The notes under the pieces: model-generated
Databases searched by the model: none
What the model saw: only the letters and a program-made list of their open reading frames with translations
What the model was told of the DNA's origin: nothing
NCBI GenBank assembly: GCA_944376805.1
Contig: CALWDX010000062.1
Span: 5,542 to 69,541 of the forward strand
Length of the DNA stretch: 64,000 nt
Direction of reading: 5' to 3'
DNA from: an uncultured Clostridia bacterium
Lineage (GTDB): Bacteria; Bacillota; Clostridia; Lachnospirales; CAG-274
In this document: positions 38,760 to 48,987 of the stretch, one piece after another
Position numbering within the stretch: the first letter of the stretch is position 1
Layout: the number at the start of each line of letters is the position of its first letter
Position numbers and translations under genes: made by a program

Positions 38760-40055
38760 TTATAATTCAGTTATTCTTTCTACTGCTACAAAGACTTTTG
38801 ATATTTCATACCAAGTAGGAAAATCTACTATACCAGATTGAGGGATATTAAAAATTTGTTGAAAAGTTAAAACAGCAGTTCTTGTTTGGTCACCAAAAAT
38901 ACCATCTGCTCTTAATTTATTAATAGCTGGATAGTTATTAGATATAGAGTTTAATTGATTTTGTATAGTTCTTACATCTTGACCAGTTGAGCCAAGCTCT
39001 AGAGGGTAACCAGGATAAGATGAAGGAACACCACTTACTTTTTCTGCATTATCTAAAAATATATCATTACCATAATAATATCTTAAAATTTGTATTGTAC
39101 TATATCCTTCTTCAGCTAAAAACTTAGAACCCCATTGACTAAGCCAATTTGGACAACTTACACGTCTACCATCACAATATTGAGTTAAAAGTGGTTGACG
39201 TTGATTAGGTCTTTTCACATAAGTTGTAAACATTTCATCAACAATTATACTTATTTCTTCAAATACATTTCTACCATAAACAAAAAACTGGTCAAATCTT
39301 GTAGAATTTGTTATAGTAAAATTTTTTCCTCTTGACCTATACCATTCTGTATAAACTCTGTTTAATGTAAATGAATTTATAGCTAAAACATTTGCTCTTA
39401 TAGCAGCATCTGGCCAAGTTGAAAATATTTCACTTGAAGCTACATTTTTTATATAATCTTTATAAGGTACCCAATAATTAGGAGCAGTATTGTCATTAGG
39501 GTCACCATCATGTACTACTATAAATTCGGGTATAACAACTTTATCTAAAACAATAAATCCAGATTCTTTTTGTAAATCCTTTTCTTCTGCTTCAGGTATT
39601 TTTGAAGGATAATCACCATAAATAGCAGGTGGTGGAATTATTATAATTTCTCTTTTTTCATTAGTTATTGTTAAAGGTTTCATATTTATATCTTGTATAG
39701 ATTCATTATTGGCATATACTTGAATACCTTTTATTTCTTCACTCTCATAACCATCAGCTGTTATTAATGCATTATAAGTACTATATGGTGTAGGACTATC
39801 TGGTTCTAAAGAGTAATCAATAGGTGGTGTTTCTAATTTTATAGTAGGTGTTTGGCCAGATTGGTCAGTAAACAAAGTCATTAAATTTTCTTTTTCATTA
39901 CTTATTACAATTTGTACACCTTCTAAAGGTTTTGCTATTGTCATATCAAAAATGCCAAACTTTAGAAAGCCAAAGCTTTTTTCAGTTTCTTGTATTTTTA
40001 TATTTTTGTCTATATTTTTATTTTTTAAAATTTGTGAAATATTAACATTTTTCAA
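38760..40055 (-). CDS. sleC: Spore cortex-lytic enzyme SleC-like (prepro region, catalytic domain, C-terminal PG-binding domain)
   Basis: IVVHDG, KDYIKNVASSEI, LTQYCDG, SQWGSK, ILRYYYG and a terminal PG_binding_1 pattern (DGIFG...FQQIF). TTG start. Confidence 0.88.
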   Translation of the reverse strand: MKNVNISQILKNKNIDKNIKIQETEKSFGFLKFGIFDMTIAKPLEGVQIVISNEKENLMTLFTDQSGQTPTIKLETPPIDYSLEPDSPTPYSTYNALITADGYESEEIKGIQVYANNESIQDINMKPLTITNEKREIIIIPPPAIYGDYPSKIPEAEEKDLQKESGFIVLDKVVIPEFIVVHDGDPNDNTAPNYWVPYKDYIKNVASSEIFSTWPDAAIRANVLAINSFTLNRVYTEWYRSRGKNFTITNSTRFDQFFVYGRNVFEEISIIVDEMFTTYVKRPNQRQPLLTQYCDGRRVSCPNWLSQWGSKFLAEEGYSTIQILRYYYGNDIFLDNAEKVSGVPSSYPGYPLELGSTGQDVRTIQNQLNSISNNYPAINKLRADGIFGDQTRTAVLTFQQIFNIPQSGIVDFPTWYEISKVFVAVERITEL

Positions 40056-40222
40056 AAAAAATCCCCCTTAAAAATAAAACAAATCTTATTATATAATATG
40101 ATAAAAATTTGTTATAAATTACTATTAAATTCTATTGCTATTTTTAAGTAGAATGTGCTATAATAATAACATAGTAGATAACTAGGTAATATATTTTTTT
40201 ATAAGGAAGTGGATAATTTTTA

Positions 40223-40750
40223 ATGAAAGCTATTTGGTCTAAAAGAAAATTAACTAATAATGAGGATGAATTAGCAAAAGAGTTTATAGAATGCATTAAA
40301 GATATAATACATTTAGATGAAGTTAAAGAACTTGATAATTTTGTTCAACATTGCAACACTAGTAGATTACAACACAGTTTAAATGTTTCTTATTATAGTT
40401 TTTTATGGGCTAAAAGAAAAGGACTAGACTATAAATCTGTTGCTAGAGCTGGTATTTTACATGATTTATATTTATATGATTGGCGTCAAGTTGAAACAGA
40501 ACAACATCACGCTTTTCATCACCCTAAAGAAGCACTTAAAAATGCTGAAATGTTAACAGAACTTAATGAAATAGAAAAAGATGCAATAGTAAATCATATG
40601 TGGCCTTTATCTGAAGCCTTTCCTAAATATAAAGAAAGTTATATTTTAAGCTGGGTTGATAAATATTGTGCAGTAGCTGAAGTTATAGCTCAAGGATATA
40701 AAGCAGTTTCAAGACTTAAAGTTTTTTCTAAAGGTGTTGTATCTGAATAG
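40223..40750 (+). CDS. HD-domain phosphohydrolase
   Basis: RLQHSLNV, GILHDLYLYDW, HPKEAL, HMWPL and DKYCA. Confidence 0.85.
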   Translation: MKAIWSKRKLTNNEDELAKEFIECIKDIIHLDEVKELDNFVQHCNTSRLQHSLNVSYYSFLWAKRKGLDYKSVARAGILHDLYLYDWRQVETEQHHAFHHPKEALKNAEMLTELNEIEKDAIVNHMWPLSEAFPKYKESYILSWVDKYCAVAEVIAQGYKAVSRLKVFSKGVVSE

Positions 40751-40790
40751 TATAAAAAAAGTAGATTTTAAATCTACTTTTTTTTATACT
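40749..40790 (+). terminator. Terminator after HD gene
   Basis: AGTATAAAAAAAGTAGATTT/AAATCTACTTTTTTTTATACT. Confidence 0.65.
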
Positions 40791-40902
40791 ATTTATTGTG
40801 TAAAATATATCAATTACATTGCAAATTTTGTCATTTAAATTGATTTTTAAATTTAAGTATGATAAATTTATTATATAAGATATTAAAAATAGGAGTGATA
40901 TT

Positions 40903-42252
40903 ATGAAAAAATTTCTAGTTAGTTTTGTAGCATTAGCTATTTTTTCTGTAAATACTATAAGTATAGTTACTGCCAATGAAAAAATAAATTTAATTATGCC
41001 TTATGAATTTGAAAAAATTGATAAAATTTTATATGAAGATAATTTGACTTTTAAATTAGATGAAAAAACAAATACATATGGTTTTGTAGATAAAAATGGT
41101 AAAATTATAATACCTTATCAATTTGAAGATGGATATAATTTTAAAGAAGGTATTGCGTCAGTTAAAAAATATGGTAGATTTTATTATATAGATAGAACAG
41201 GTAAAAAAATAATAGATAAAGATTTTAAAAATGCTATGCCATTTAATGAAGGTGTTGCAGTTGTATCAGATAATGGAAAATGGGGATATATAGACAGAAC
41301 AGGTAAAGAAATAATACCTCTTATATTTGATAATGCTAATGATTTTAAAAATGGTGTAGCAGAAGTAAAAAAAGATGGAAAAACTATTTATATAGATAAA
41401 AAGGGCAATGAAACTATAAAAGATGAATTATTTTTTGAAAATAATAAAGATGGTGGATTTAGTTTTGTAGATAAAAATAGTAAAGTTATAATATCACAAC
41501 AATTTGATGATGGATATGATTTTAAAGAAGGCTTTGCATCAGTTAAAAGTAATGGTAGTTATGATTATATAGACAAAACAGGTAAAAAACTAACTAATAA
41601 ACAATTTAGAGATACTTTACCATTTAATGAAGGACTTGCTCCTGTAAGAAAAAATGGTAAATGGGGTTATATAGATTTTACTGGTGAAATTGTTATACCA
41701 CTTCAATTTGAAGATGCTAGTCAGTTTAAAAATGGAGTAGCTCGTGTTAATAGAGAAAGTATAACTTTAATAGATACACAAGGTAATATACTTTTTAATT
41801 CAGATGTTGCAATGAGTAATGAAGATATAAGAAAAATTGATTTATCAAATAATGAAAATAAAAAGTTAGAAGAAAATGATTTAAATTTAATTGTAAATAA
41901 TAAAGTTATTAATTTACCACAACAACCTATAAATGAAAAAGGAGTTACTTTAGTACCTATAAGAGGTATTTTTGAAAAAATAGGTGTTTATGTAGAATTA
42001 GACAATAAAACTAATAAGATTATAGTACAAAGATACTTAAATCATAATAACCTTAAAGATGAAGAAAAAACAACAATACAGTTTACATTAAATAGTAGTA
42101 AAGCTACAGTAAATGGAAAAGAATATACATTACCAGCAGAACCTAAATTAGTAAATGGTAACTTTTTAGTACCTATTAGATTTATAGCAGATAATTTACA
42201 TATTGATTTAAAATATAATCAAGACACTAAAACTCTTGAAATAAATAGTTAA
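40903..42252 (+). CDS. Exported WG-repeat protein with C-terminal CAO-N domain
   Basis: Signal peptide. Repeated KWGYID..G..IIP..F...F.EG.A.V units. VTLVPIRGIFE and FLVPIRFIAD near the C-terminus. Confidence 0.85.
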   Translation: MKKFLVSFVALAIFSVNTISIVTANEKINLIMPYEFEKIDKILYEDNLTFKLDEKTNTYGFVDKNGKIIIPYQFEDGYNFKEGIASVKKYGRFYYIDRTGKKIIDKDFKNAMPFNEGVAVVSDNGKWGYIDRTGKEIIPLIFDNANDFKNGVAEVKKDGKTIYIDKKGNETIKDELFFENNKDGGFSFVDKNSKVIISQQFDDGYDFKEGFASVKSNGSYDYIDKTGKKLTNKQFRDTLPFNEGLAPVRKNGKWGYIDFTGEIVIPLQFEDASQFKNGVARVNRESITLIDTQGNILFNSDVAMSNEDIRKIDLSNNENKKLEENDLNLIVNNKVINLPQQPINEKGVTLVPIRGIFEKIGVYVELDNKTNKIIVQRYLNHNNLKDEEKTTIQFTLNSSKATVNGKEYTLPAEPKLVNGNFLVPIRFIADNLHIDLKYNQDTKTLEINS

Positions 42253-42309
42253 ACTATGATTAATAAAAATATAAATCTGAATAAAGGTTTGTTAATATTT
42301 TTGATTAAG

Positions 42310-42345
42310 CTAAAAAAGAATAGAATTTAATTCTATTCTTTTTAG
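42310..42345. terminator. Bidirectional terminator
   Basis: CTAAAAAAGAATAGAATT/AATTCTATTCTTTTTAG between convergent genes. Confidence 0.65.
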
Positions 42346-42354
42346 TGGTTATTT

Positions 42355-43977
42355 TTATTCAGCTACAACATTGTAAACTTGACGTTTTAAAGCATCTTTA
42401 TCTTCTTCTAAATATTCATCATAAGTTGTTCTTTTATCTATAAGACCATTTTCTGTAAACTCTATAATTCTATTAGCCGTAGTTTGTACTATTTGATGGT
42501 CTTGTGATGAAAATAATATAACACCAGGGAATTTTATTAATGCATTATTAAGTGCAGTAATTGATTCCATATCTAAATGGTTTGTAGGTTCGTCAAATAT
42601 AAGTATATTAGCACCAGACATCATCATTTTAGAAAAAAGACAACGTACTTTTTCACCACCAGATAATACATTTATCTTTTTAAGTGCTTCTTCACCAGAG
42701 AATAACATTCTACCTAAAAACCCTCTTACAAATGTAGTATCTTTTTCAGGTGAGTATTGCATAAGCCAATCTACAATAGAATAATCACTTGAAAATTCTT
42801 CATTATGGTCTTTAGGGAAATAGGCAAAAGAAGTAGTTATACCCCATTTAAATTCTCCTTCATCTGCTTCCATTTCACCAGCTAATATTTTAAATAATGT
42901 AGTTTTAGCTATTTCATTAGAACCAACAAAAGCTACTTTATCTTCACTAGATAGCATAAAAGAAACATTATCTAACACTTTTACACCATCTATTGTTTTA
43001 GATAAATTAGTAACAGTTAAAACCTCGTTTCCTATATCCCTATTAGGTTTAAAGTCTATGTAAGGATACTTTCTACTTGATGGTCTTATTTCATCTAATT
43101 CTATTTTTTCAAGAGCTTTTTTTCTTGAAGTTGCTTGTTTAGATTTTGAAGCATTAGCACTAAAACGTTGTATAAACTCTTGTAACTCTTTAATTTTTTC
43201 TTCTTTTTTACGGTTAGCATCTTTCATTTGTCTAATTAAAAGTTGACTAGATTCATACCAAAAATCATAGTTACCAGCATAAAGTTGTATTTTAGAGTAA
43301 TCTATATCTGCTATATGTGTACAAACTTTATTTAAGAAATATCTATCGTGTGATACTACAATAGTTGTATTTTCAAAATTAATTAAAAATTCTTCAAGCC
43401 AATTTATAGCCATTAAATCTAAATGGTTTGTAGGCTCATCTAATAATAAAATATCAGGTTTACCAAATAATGCTTGAGCAAGTAATACTTTAACTTTTTC
43501 AGGCCCTGTTAAATCTTTTAAGTATTTATAGTGAAGTTCTGGAGTTATACCAAGTCCATTTAAAAGGTTAGCAGCATCAGGTTCAGCATTCCAACCGTCC
43601 ATATCGGCAAACTCTTCTTCTAATTCACTAGCTTTAATACCATCTTCTTCTGAAAAATCTTCTTTAGCATAAATAGCCTCTTTTTCTTTCATTATTTCAT
43701 AAAGGCGTTTGTTACCCATAATAACAGTATCTAATACCATAAATTCATCATATTTAAAGTGGTCTTGTTGTAAAAAAGAAATACGTTCACCATCAGAAAC
43801 TATAACATCACCAGAAGTAGATTCAATTTGTCCAGCTAATATTTTTAAAAAAGTAGATTTACCAGCACCATTAGCACCAATAAGTCCATAACAATTTCCT
43901 GGTGTAAATTTTATATTTACATCTTCAAATAAAGCTCTTTTACCAAGTCTTAAAGTTACATTATTAACAGTTAACAT
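42355..43977 (-). CDS. ABC-F family ribosome-associated ATPase (YbiT/YkpA-like)
   Basis: Two ABC cassettes (GANGAGKST; LDEPTNHLD; LSGGEK), no TM domain, and a linker ANASKSKQATSRKK. Confidence 0.93.
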   Translation of the reverse strand: MLTVNNVTLRLGKRALFEDVNIKFTPGNCYGLIGANGAGKSTFLKILAGQIESTSGDVIVSDGERISFLQQDHFKYDEFMVLDTVIMGNKRLYEIMKEKEAIYAKEDFSEEDGIKASELEEEFADMDGWNAEPDAANLLNGLGITPELHYKYLKDLTGPEKVKVLLAQALFGKPDILLLDEPTNHLDLMAINWLEEFLINFENTTIVVSHDRYFLNKVCTHIADIDYSKIQLYAGNYDFWYESSQLLIRQMKDANRKKEEKIKELQEFIQRFSANASKSKQATSRKKALEKIELDEIRPSSRKYPYIDFKPNRDIGNEVLTVTNLSKTIDGVKVLDNVSFMLSSEDKVAFVGSNEIAKTTLFKILAGEMEADEGEFKWGITTSFAYFPKDHNEEFSSDYSIVDWLMQYSPEKDTTFVRGFLGRMLFSGEEALKKINVLSGGEKVRCLFSKMMMSGANILIFDEPTNHLDMESITALNNALIKFPGVILFSSQDHQIVQTTANRIIEFTENGLIDKRTTYDEYLEEDKDALKRQVYNVVAE

Positions 43978-43991
43978 TTTTTTACCTCCAA

Positions 43992-44330
43992 TTAAGCTTT
44001 TTTTACAACAGAAGATTTTAATTTCATAGCACCAAAACCATCTATTTTACAATCTATATCGTGGTCATCAGGGGCATCATATATAAGTTTTATATTTTTT
44101 ACTTTTGTACCAACTTTTATAGATGAAGATGCACCTTTAACTTTTAAGTCTTTTATAACAATAACACTATCACCATCATTTAATATGTTACCATTAGCAT
44201 CTTTTATAACATTTTCTTCTTCTACAGTATCTTTATTCCATTCATAAGCACACTCTGGACATACTAATAAATTTCCGTCTTCATAAGTATACTCTGAATT
44301 ACATTTTGGGCAATTTGGTAAAGTTTCCAT
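43992..44330 (-). CDS. PhnA/YjdM zinc-ribbon protein
   Basis: CPKC...CPEC, DANGNIL.DGD and KDLKVKG. Confidence 0.92.
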   Translation of the reverse strand: METLPNCPKCNSEYTYEDGNLLVCPECAYEWNKDTVEEENVIKDANGNILNDGDSVIVIKDLKVKGASSSIKVGTKVKNIKLIYDAPDDHDIDCKIDGFGAMKLKSSVVKKA

Positions 44331-44346
44331 TTTTTAATCCTCCATA

Positions 44347-44847
44347 TTACATTATAGTTATTAATATATTTTTATTCTCTTCTTTTGCTTTATAAAAGAA
44401 GTTTTTTAACTCATTAAAAGCCATTTCTAATTCTTCTTGTAAAAGTTCTTTATCTTCTTTAAGCCATATATTAGGAAATATTTGTTTTTCATCAAAAATT
44501 TTAGGTTCAAAATTAAGTGTACTAATATTTATCTTTTCTATTTCTTCTAATATTTTTGATATTTCATCTTTTTTAATATATGCTATATATTCTTCTGTAT
44601 TAAAATTTATATCCCCAAATATAAAAGCACTTTTTGCATAATCTTCAAAAATTGATTTATCATAAATAGGGTCTTCTTTTGAGGATATAAGAAAATAAAG
44701 TCCATTCCAAATAGTATCTATGTCACAACAAGGGTATATATCATCATTATCTAATAAATCTTCTATTTTTAAATATAAATTATGACTATCTAATTTTTCT
44801 GATTGTTTTAGTAAAAAATCATCTATAATAAAATAGTTAGCTATCAT
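44347..44847 (-). CDS. YfbM/DUF1877-like protein
   Basis: MIANY, DIDTIWNGLYFL, IFPNIW and ELKNFFYKA pattern. Start reset to ATG at 44847 behind GAAAGG. Confidence 0.7.
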   Translation of the reverse strand: MIANYFIIDDFLLKQSEKLDSHNLYLKIEDLLDNDDIYPCCDIDTIWNGLYFLISSKEDPIYDKSIFEDYAKSAFIFGDINFNTEEYIAYIKKDEISKILEEIEKINISTLNFEPKIFDEKQIFPNIWLKEDKELLQEELEMAFNELKNFFYKAKEENKNILITIM

Positions 44848-44848
44848 T

Positions 44849-46768
44849 TTATTTACCTTTCTTTTTATGAACATTTCTTATAGTTTTTTTCTTTTTTTGT
44901 TCTTGTTTTATATTATTAGTTTTATTATTTGAATTTTTCTTATTTTTACTATAAAATTCTTTTTCAGAAGCACTTTTTCTAGGTCGTATAAGGCAATGTT
45001 TATCAAAACCTACTAAGTCCATACGGTTAGCTTTTTTTAATGCTTCTAAAACTAAATCATAATTTTTAGGTAATCTATATTGCATTAAAGCTCGTTGCAT
45101 AGCTTTTTCGTGTGGATTTTTAGGTACATATACAGGTGTCATATCTCTAGGGTCTAATTCTGTATAGTACATACAAGTTGATAAAGTCATAGGTGTAGGG
45201 TAAAAATCTTGTACTTGTTCAGGCATATAACCTAAGTCTCTTAAATATTCAGCAAGTTCTATTGCAGCAGATAAATCACTTCCAGGGTGACTACTCATAA
45301 GATATGGTACAAGATATTGTTCTTTTCCTATTTGTTTATTTGTATCATAATATTTTTTTACAAATTTTTCATATACATTTTTAGATGGTTTACCCATTTT
45401 TGATAAAACTTTATCAGATATATGTTCTGGGGCAACTTTTAATTGTCCACTAATATGATGTTCACAAAGTTCTTCAAAAAATTGTTTGTTGTTTTTATCG
45501 TGTATAAGATAATCATATCTAATACCTGAACGTATAAATACTTTTTTTACTTTTGGTATTTTTCTAAGTTTTTGTAAAAGTTTTAAATAATCTGTATGGT
45601 CAATTTTTAACTTTTTGCAAGGTTCAGGGAATAAACATTGTTTATGTGGACAAGCACCTTTATCAAATTGTTTATCACAGGCAGGCCCTCTAAAGTTTGC
45701 AGTAGGTCCTCCAACATCGTGAATATATCCTTTAAAATCTGGTTCCCATACTAATTTTTCTGCTTCTCTAATAATAGATTGATGACTACGTCCTTGTACA
45801 ACTCTACCTTGATGAAATGTTAAGGCACAAAAGTTACAACCACCAAAACAACCTCTATTTGATATAAGACTAAATTTAACTTCTTCTATTGCAGGAACGC
45901 CACCATCTTTTTCATAAATAGGGTGATATGTTCTCATATAAGGTAAACTATAAGAGTTATCAAATTCACTAGTTGTAAGAGGCATAGAAGGTTTATTTTG
46001 TACTACATAACAATCATTATAAGGCTCAATAAGCATTTTAGATACAACAGCATCTGTATTTTCATATTGTTTTAAAAAGCTTTCAGCATATATTTTTTTA
46101 TCACTACATATTTCTTTATATGAAGGTAACATTATATAGTCTTCATATATATTTTCTAATGTTTTTGTTTTATAAACTGTACCTTTTACATATGTTATTT
46201 GTTCTATAGGTATACCACTTGCTAAACTTTCAGCAAGTTCTACTATTTGATGCTCACCCATACCAAACATTAGTATATCAGCTTGAGAATCTAAAAGTAT
46301 AGAACGACGAATTTTATTATCCCAATAATCATAATGTGATAGTCTTCTAAGACTTGCCTCTATACCACCAATCATAATAGGTATATTTTTAAATACTTCT
46401 CTAATTTTTTGACAATACACTATTGTTGCTCTATCTGGTCTAAGCCCACTTTTACCACCAGGTGAATATAAATCTTTTTCACGCCTTTTTTTAGCTACAC
46501 TATAATGATTAACCATAGAATCAATATTTCCTCCAGTAACTAAAAATGCAAGTTTAGGTTTGCCTAATTTTTTAAAGTCATCTGTATTTTTCCAGTTAGG
46601 TTGGGCAATTATACCTATTTTAAAACCTTTACTTTCTAAAAGTCTAGCTATAATAGCAGCACCAAAAGAGGGGTGGTCTACATAAGCATCACCAGTAATA
46701 AGAACAAAATCTAATTCTTCCCAACCTCTTTTTGCCATATCTTCTTTACAAATTGGTAAAAAATCCAT
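44849..46768 (-). CDS. YgiQ (UPF0313) family radical SAM protein
   Basis: [30 protein letters not shown] and QVQDFYPTP. Confidence 0.95.
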   Translation of the reverse strand: MDFLPICKEDMAKRGWEELDFVLITGDAYVDHPSFGAAIIARLLESKGFKIGIIAQPNWKNTDDFKKLGKPKLAFLVTGGNIDSMVNHYSVAKKRREKDLYSPGGKSGLRPDRATIVYCQKIREVFKNIPIMIGGIEASLRRLSHYDYWDNKIRRSILLDSQADILMFGMGEHQIVELAESLASGIPIEQITYVKGTVYKTKTLENIYEDYIMLPSYKEICSDKKIYAESFLKQYENTDAVVSKMLIEPYNDCYVVQNKPSMPLTTSEFDNSYSLPYMRTYHPIYEKDGGVPAIEEVKFSLISNRGCFGGCNFCALTFHQGRVVQGRSHQSIIREAEKLVWEPDFKGYIHDVGGPTANFRGPACDKQFDKGACPHKQCLFPEPCKKLKIDHTDYLKLLQKLRKIPKVKKVFIRSGIRYDYLIHDKNNKQFFEELCEHHISGQLKVAPEHISDKVLSKMGKPSKNVYEKFVKKYYDTNKQIGKEQYLVPYLMSSHPGSDLSAAIELAEYLRDLGYMPEQVQDFYPTPMTLSTCMYYTELDPRDMTPVYVPKNPHEKAMQRALMQYRLPKNYDLVLEALKKANRMDLVGFDKHCLIRPRKSASEKEFYSKNKKNSNNKTNNIKQEQKKKKTIRNVHKKKGK

Positions 46769-46778
46769 ATTAATCTCC

Positions 46779-48140
46779 TTAAATTCTCCAACCAGATAAA
46801 TATTTATTTTTTAGTCTACCTTTTTGTACTTTGCCCCAACCAATAGGGTATTTGTCTATACAAATAAGATGCCAACCATCTTGGTTAGTATCTACAGTAA
46901 AACTTTCTCCTTTTAAATATCTAGTTAGATTTTTATCATTTATATTAAATGAAATTGTATATTTTGCATTTTCTTTTTTTAAGCCCATTGCAAAAGCTTG
47001 AGAAGGCTCAAATCGTTTTGTTTTAAGTTCACCTAAATAAAAACCACTTCTTACAACTCTAAGACCACTTAAATCTATACCATTAGGAATACTAAAAACA
47101 CTTGTTTTATGTATTTCTATATTATTATACATAGGTATATTTAAATTTTCTTTAAAAAAGATTTCCATATCTAAAAGTTCTTTTTTATTATTTGGTTTTA
47201 TTTGTGTTATATTTTTATTTTGAGGTGTTCCTTTTTTTATAATTAGTGCAAGAAAATGTCCTTCTCCTTTTATTTTATAAGGCATAAGACGTCCTGTTTT
47301 TTCTATACCATCTACTATATTATTTGCTTTTATCCATTCTTTTCTACCGTTTTCAAATCCTGTAGATTTATCAAAATCTATAAGTTCAAAATCTGGATTT
47401 TCAATTAAAAATTCATTTATCATTTCTTCATTTTCTTCTGGTGCAAATGTACAAGTAGAATAGGCTATTATACCGCCATTATCAAGCATATCTTTAGCAT
47501 AATATAAAATTTCTCGTTGAAGTGTACAACAAAACTCTGTTTTATGAGTTTCCCAACTTTTTATTGCTTCTTTATCTTTTCTAAACATACCTTCACCAGA
47601 ACAAGGGGCATCTACTATAATTTTATTAAAATAACCTTTAAATTTTTTAGCTAAATTTTTAGGTGTTTCATTAGTTACAATAGCATTATATACACCATTT
47701 ATTTCTATATTTTTAAGAAGTGCTTTACATCTTGTGGCACTAATATCATTTGTAACTAAAACACCAGTACCTTGTAATTTACTTGCTATTTGTGTACTTT
47801 TTCCTCCAGGGGCAGCACACATATCTAATACTTTATCACCTTTTTCAATAGGTAACATAGCACCTGTAGACATAGCACTAGGTTCTTGTATATAAAATAA
47901 ACCAGCATTATAATAAGGACTTTTAGCAGGTCTTTCATCTTCATAATAAAAACCTGTATCACACCAAGGAATAGGCTCTAAATTAAAATTTAATAAATTT
48001 TTTAAATCATTAGGGCTTATTTTTAGTGTATTTGCTCTAAGTCCTTGATAGTTTTTATCTTCAAAACTTTTTATATATTTGTCAAAATCTTCATTTAAAA
48101 GATTTTTCATTTTTTCTATATATTTTATAGGTAAATCCAT
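46779..48140 (-). CDS. rsmF: 16S rRNA m5C methyltransferase, RsmF/NOL1 family
   Basis: [36 protein letters not shown] and a C-terminal PUA-like region. Confidence 0.88.
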   Translation of the reverse strand: MDLPIKYIEKMKNLLNEDFDKYIKSFEDKNYQGLRANTLKISPNDLKNLLNFNLEPIPWCDTGFYYEDERPAKSPYYNAGLFYIQEPSAMSTGAMLPIEKGDKVLDMCAAPGGKSTQIASKLQGTGVLVTNDISATRCKALLKNIEINGVYNAIVTNETPKNLAKKFKGYFNKIIVDAPCSGEGMFRKDKEAIKSWETHKTEFCCTLQREILYYAKDMLDNGGIIAYSTCTFAPEENEEMINEFLIENPDFELIDFDKSTGFENGRKEWIKANNIVDGIEKTGRLMPYKIKGEGHFLALIIKKGTPQNKNITQIKPNNKKELLDMEIFFKENLNIPMYNNIEIHKTSVFSIPNGIDLSGLRVVRSGFYLGELKTKRFEPSQAFAMGLKKENAKYTISFNINDKNLTRYLKGESFTVDTNQDGWHLICIDKYPIGWGKVQKGRLKNKYLSGWRI

Positions 48141-48202
48141 TATTTCAGTCCTTTTACAAATATTTTAATAAAAAATATATTTGCCTATGCTTTATACATA
48201 GG

Positions 48203-48808
48203 CTATACATTTTTATTTTTATTATATTGTTGTAATATATAATTTTTTTGATAATCTAAAACTTTTGGTATATAATTTTGTGTTTCTTCAAAAGGAGGTA
48301 TACCATTATATTTAGAAACATTTCCAGGACCAGCATTATAAGCAGCTAATGCAAGTTCTGTATTGTTGTCAAAGCTATCTAATTGTTTTTTTAAATATTT
48401 TGTTCCACCATCTATATTTTGTTCTATGTCATAAGCATTAGTAACACCTAAACTAGCAGCTGTATTTGGCATAAGTTGCATAAGCCCCATAGCACCAGAA
48501 GAAGAAGTAGCATTTGGATTAAAATTACTTTCTTGACGTATAACAGCAGCTATAAGACTTTCTTCTATACCATATTTAGCAGATGCTTCAGATATAGCTT
48601 CTTTTATAGCTTCAGAAACTTGACTTTCAGGTATACCATTTTTTTCATAATCATTTAAAATTTCAGAAAAAGATTTTTCTTCTGATTTACTTTTTGTTTC
48701 TTCTGTGTTATTATTATATTGATATGTTTTATTTGTAATAGGGATAGGTATTTTAGCTTCTATATTGGAAATAATTTCATTATAGATACTATTTACATTA
48801 ATATTCAT
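48203..48808 (-). CDS. Lytic transglycosylase (SLT domain)
   Basis: [24 protein letters not shown] and ETQNY. Confidence 0.92.
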   Translation of the reverse strand: MNINVNSIYNEIISNIEAKIPIPITNKTYQYNNNTEETKSKSEEKSFSEILNDYEKNGIPESQVSEAIKEAISEASAKYGIEESLIAAVIRQESNFNPNATSSSGAMGLMQLMPNTAASLGVTNAYDIEQNIDGGTKYLKKQLDSFDNNTELALAAYNAGPGNVSKYNGIPPFEETQNYIPKVLDYQKNYILQQYNKNKNV

Positions 48809-48987
48809 AATAAACTCCCTTCATTATCTTTTCATAGTTATATATTTTAATTGTAATACAAAATTATAAAAAATTCAACTGTTAATTTATATTGTTAAAT
48901 ATAATTAAAATTAAAAAATAATAGAAGTATTTGTTTTTATGTAATTATTATATAAAATTAAATTATAGAGAAAGTGTTGAGGTAAGA

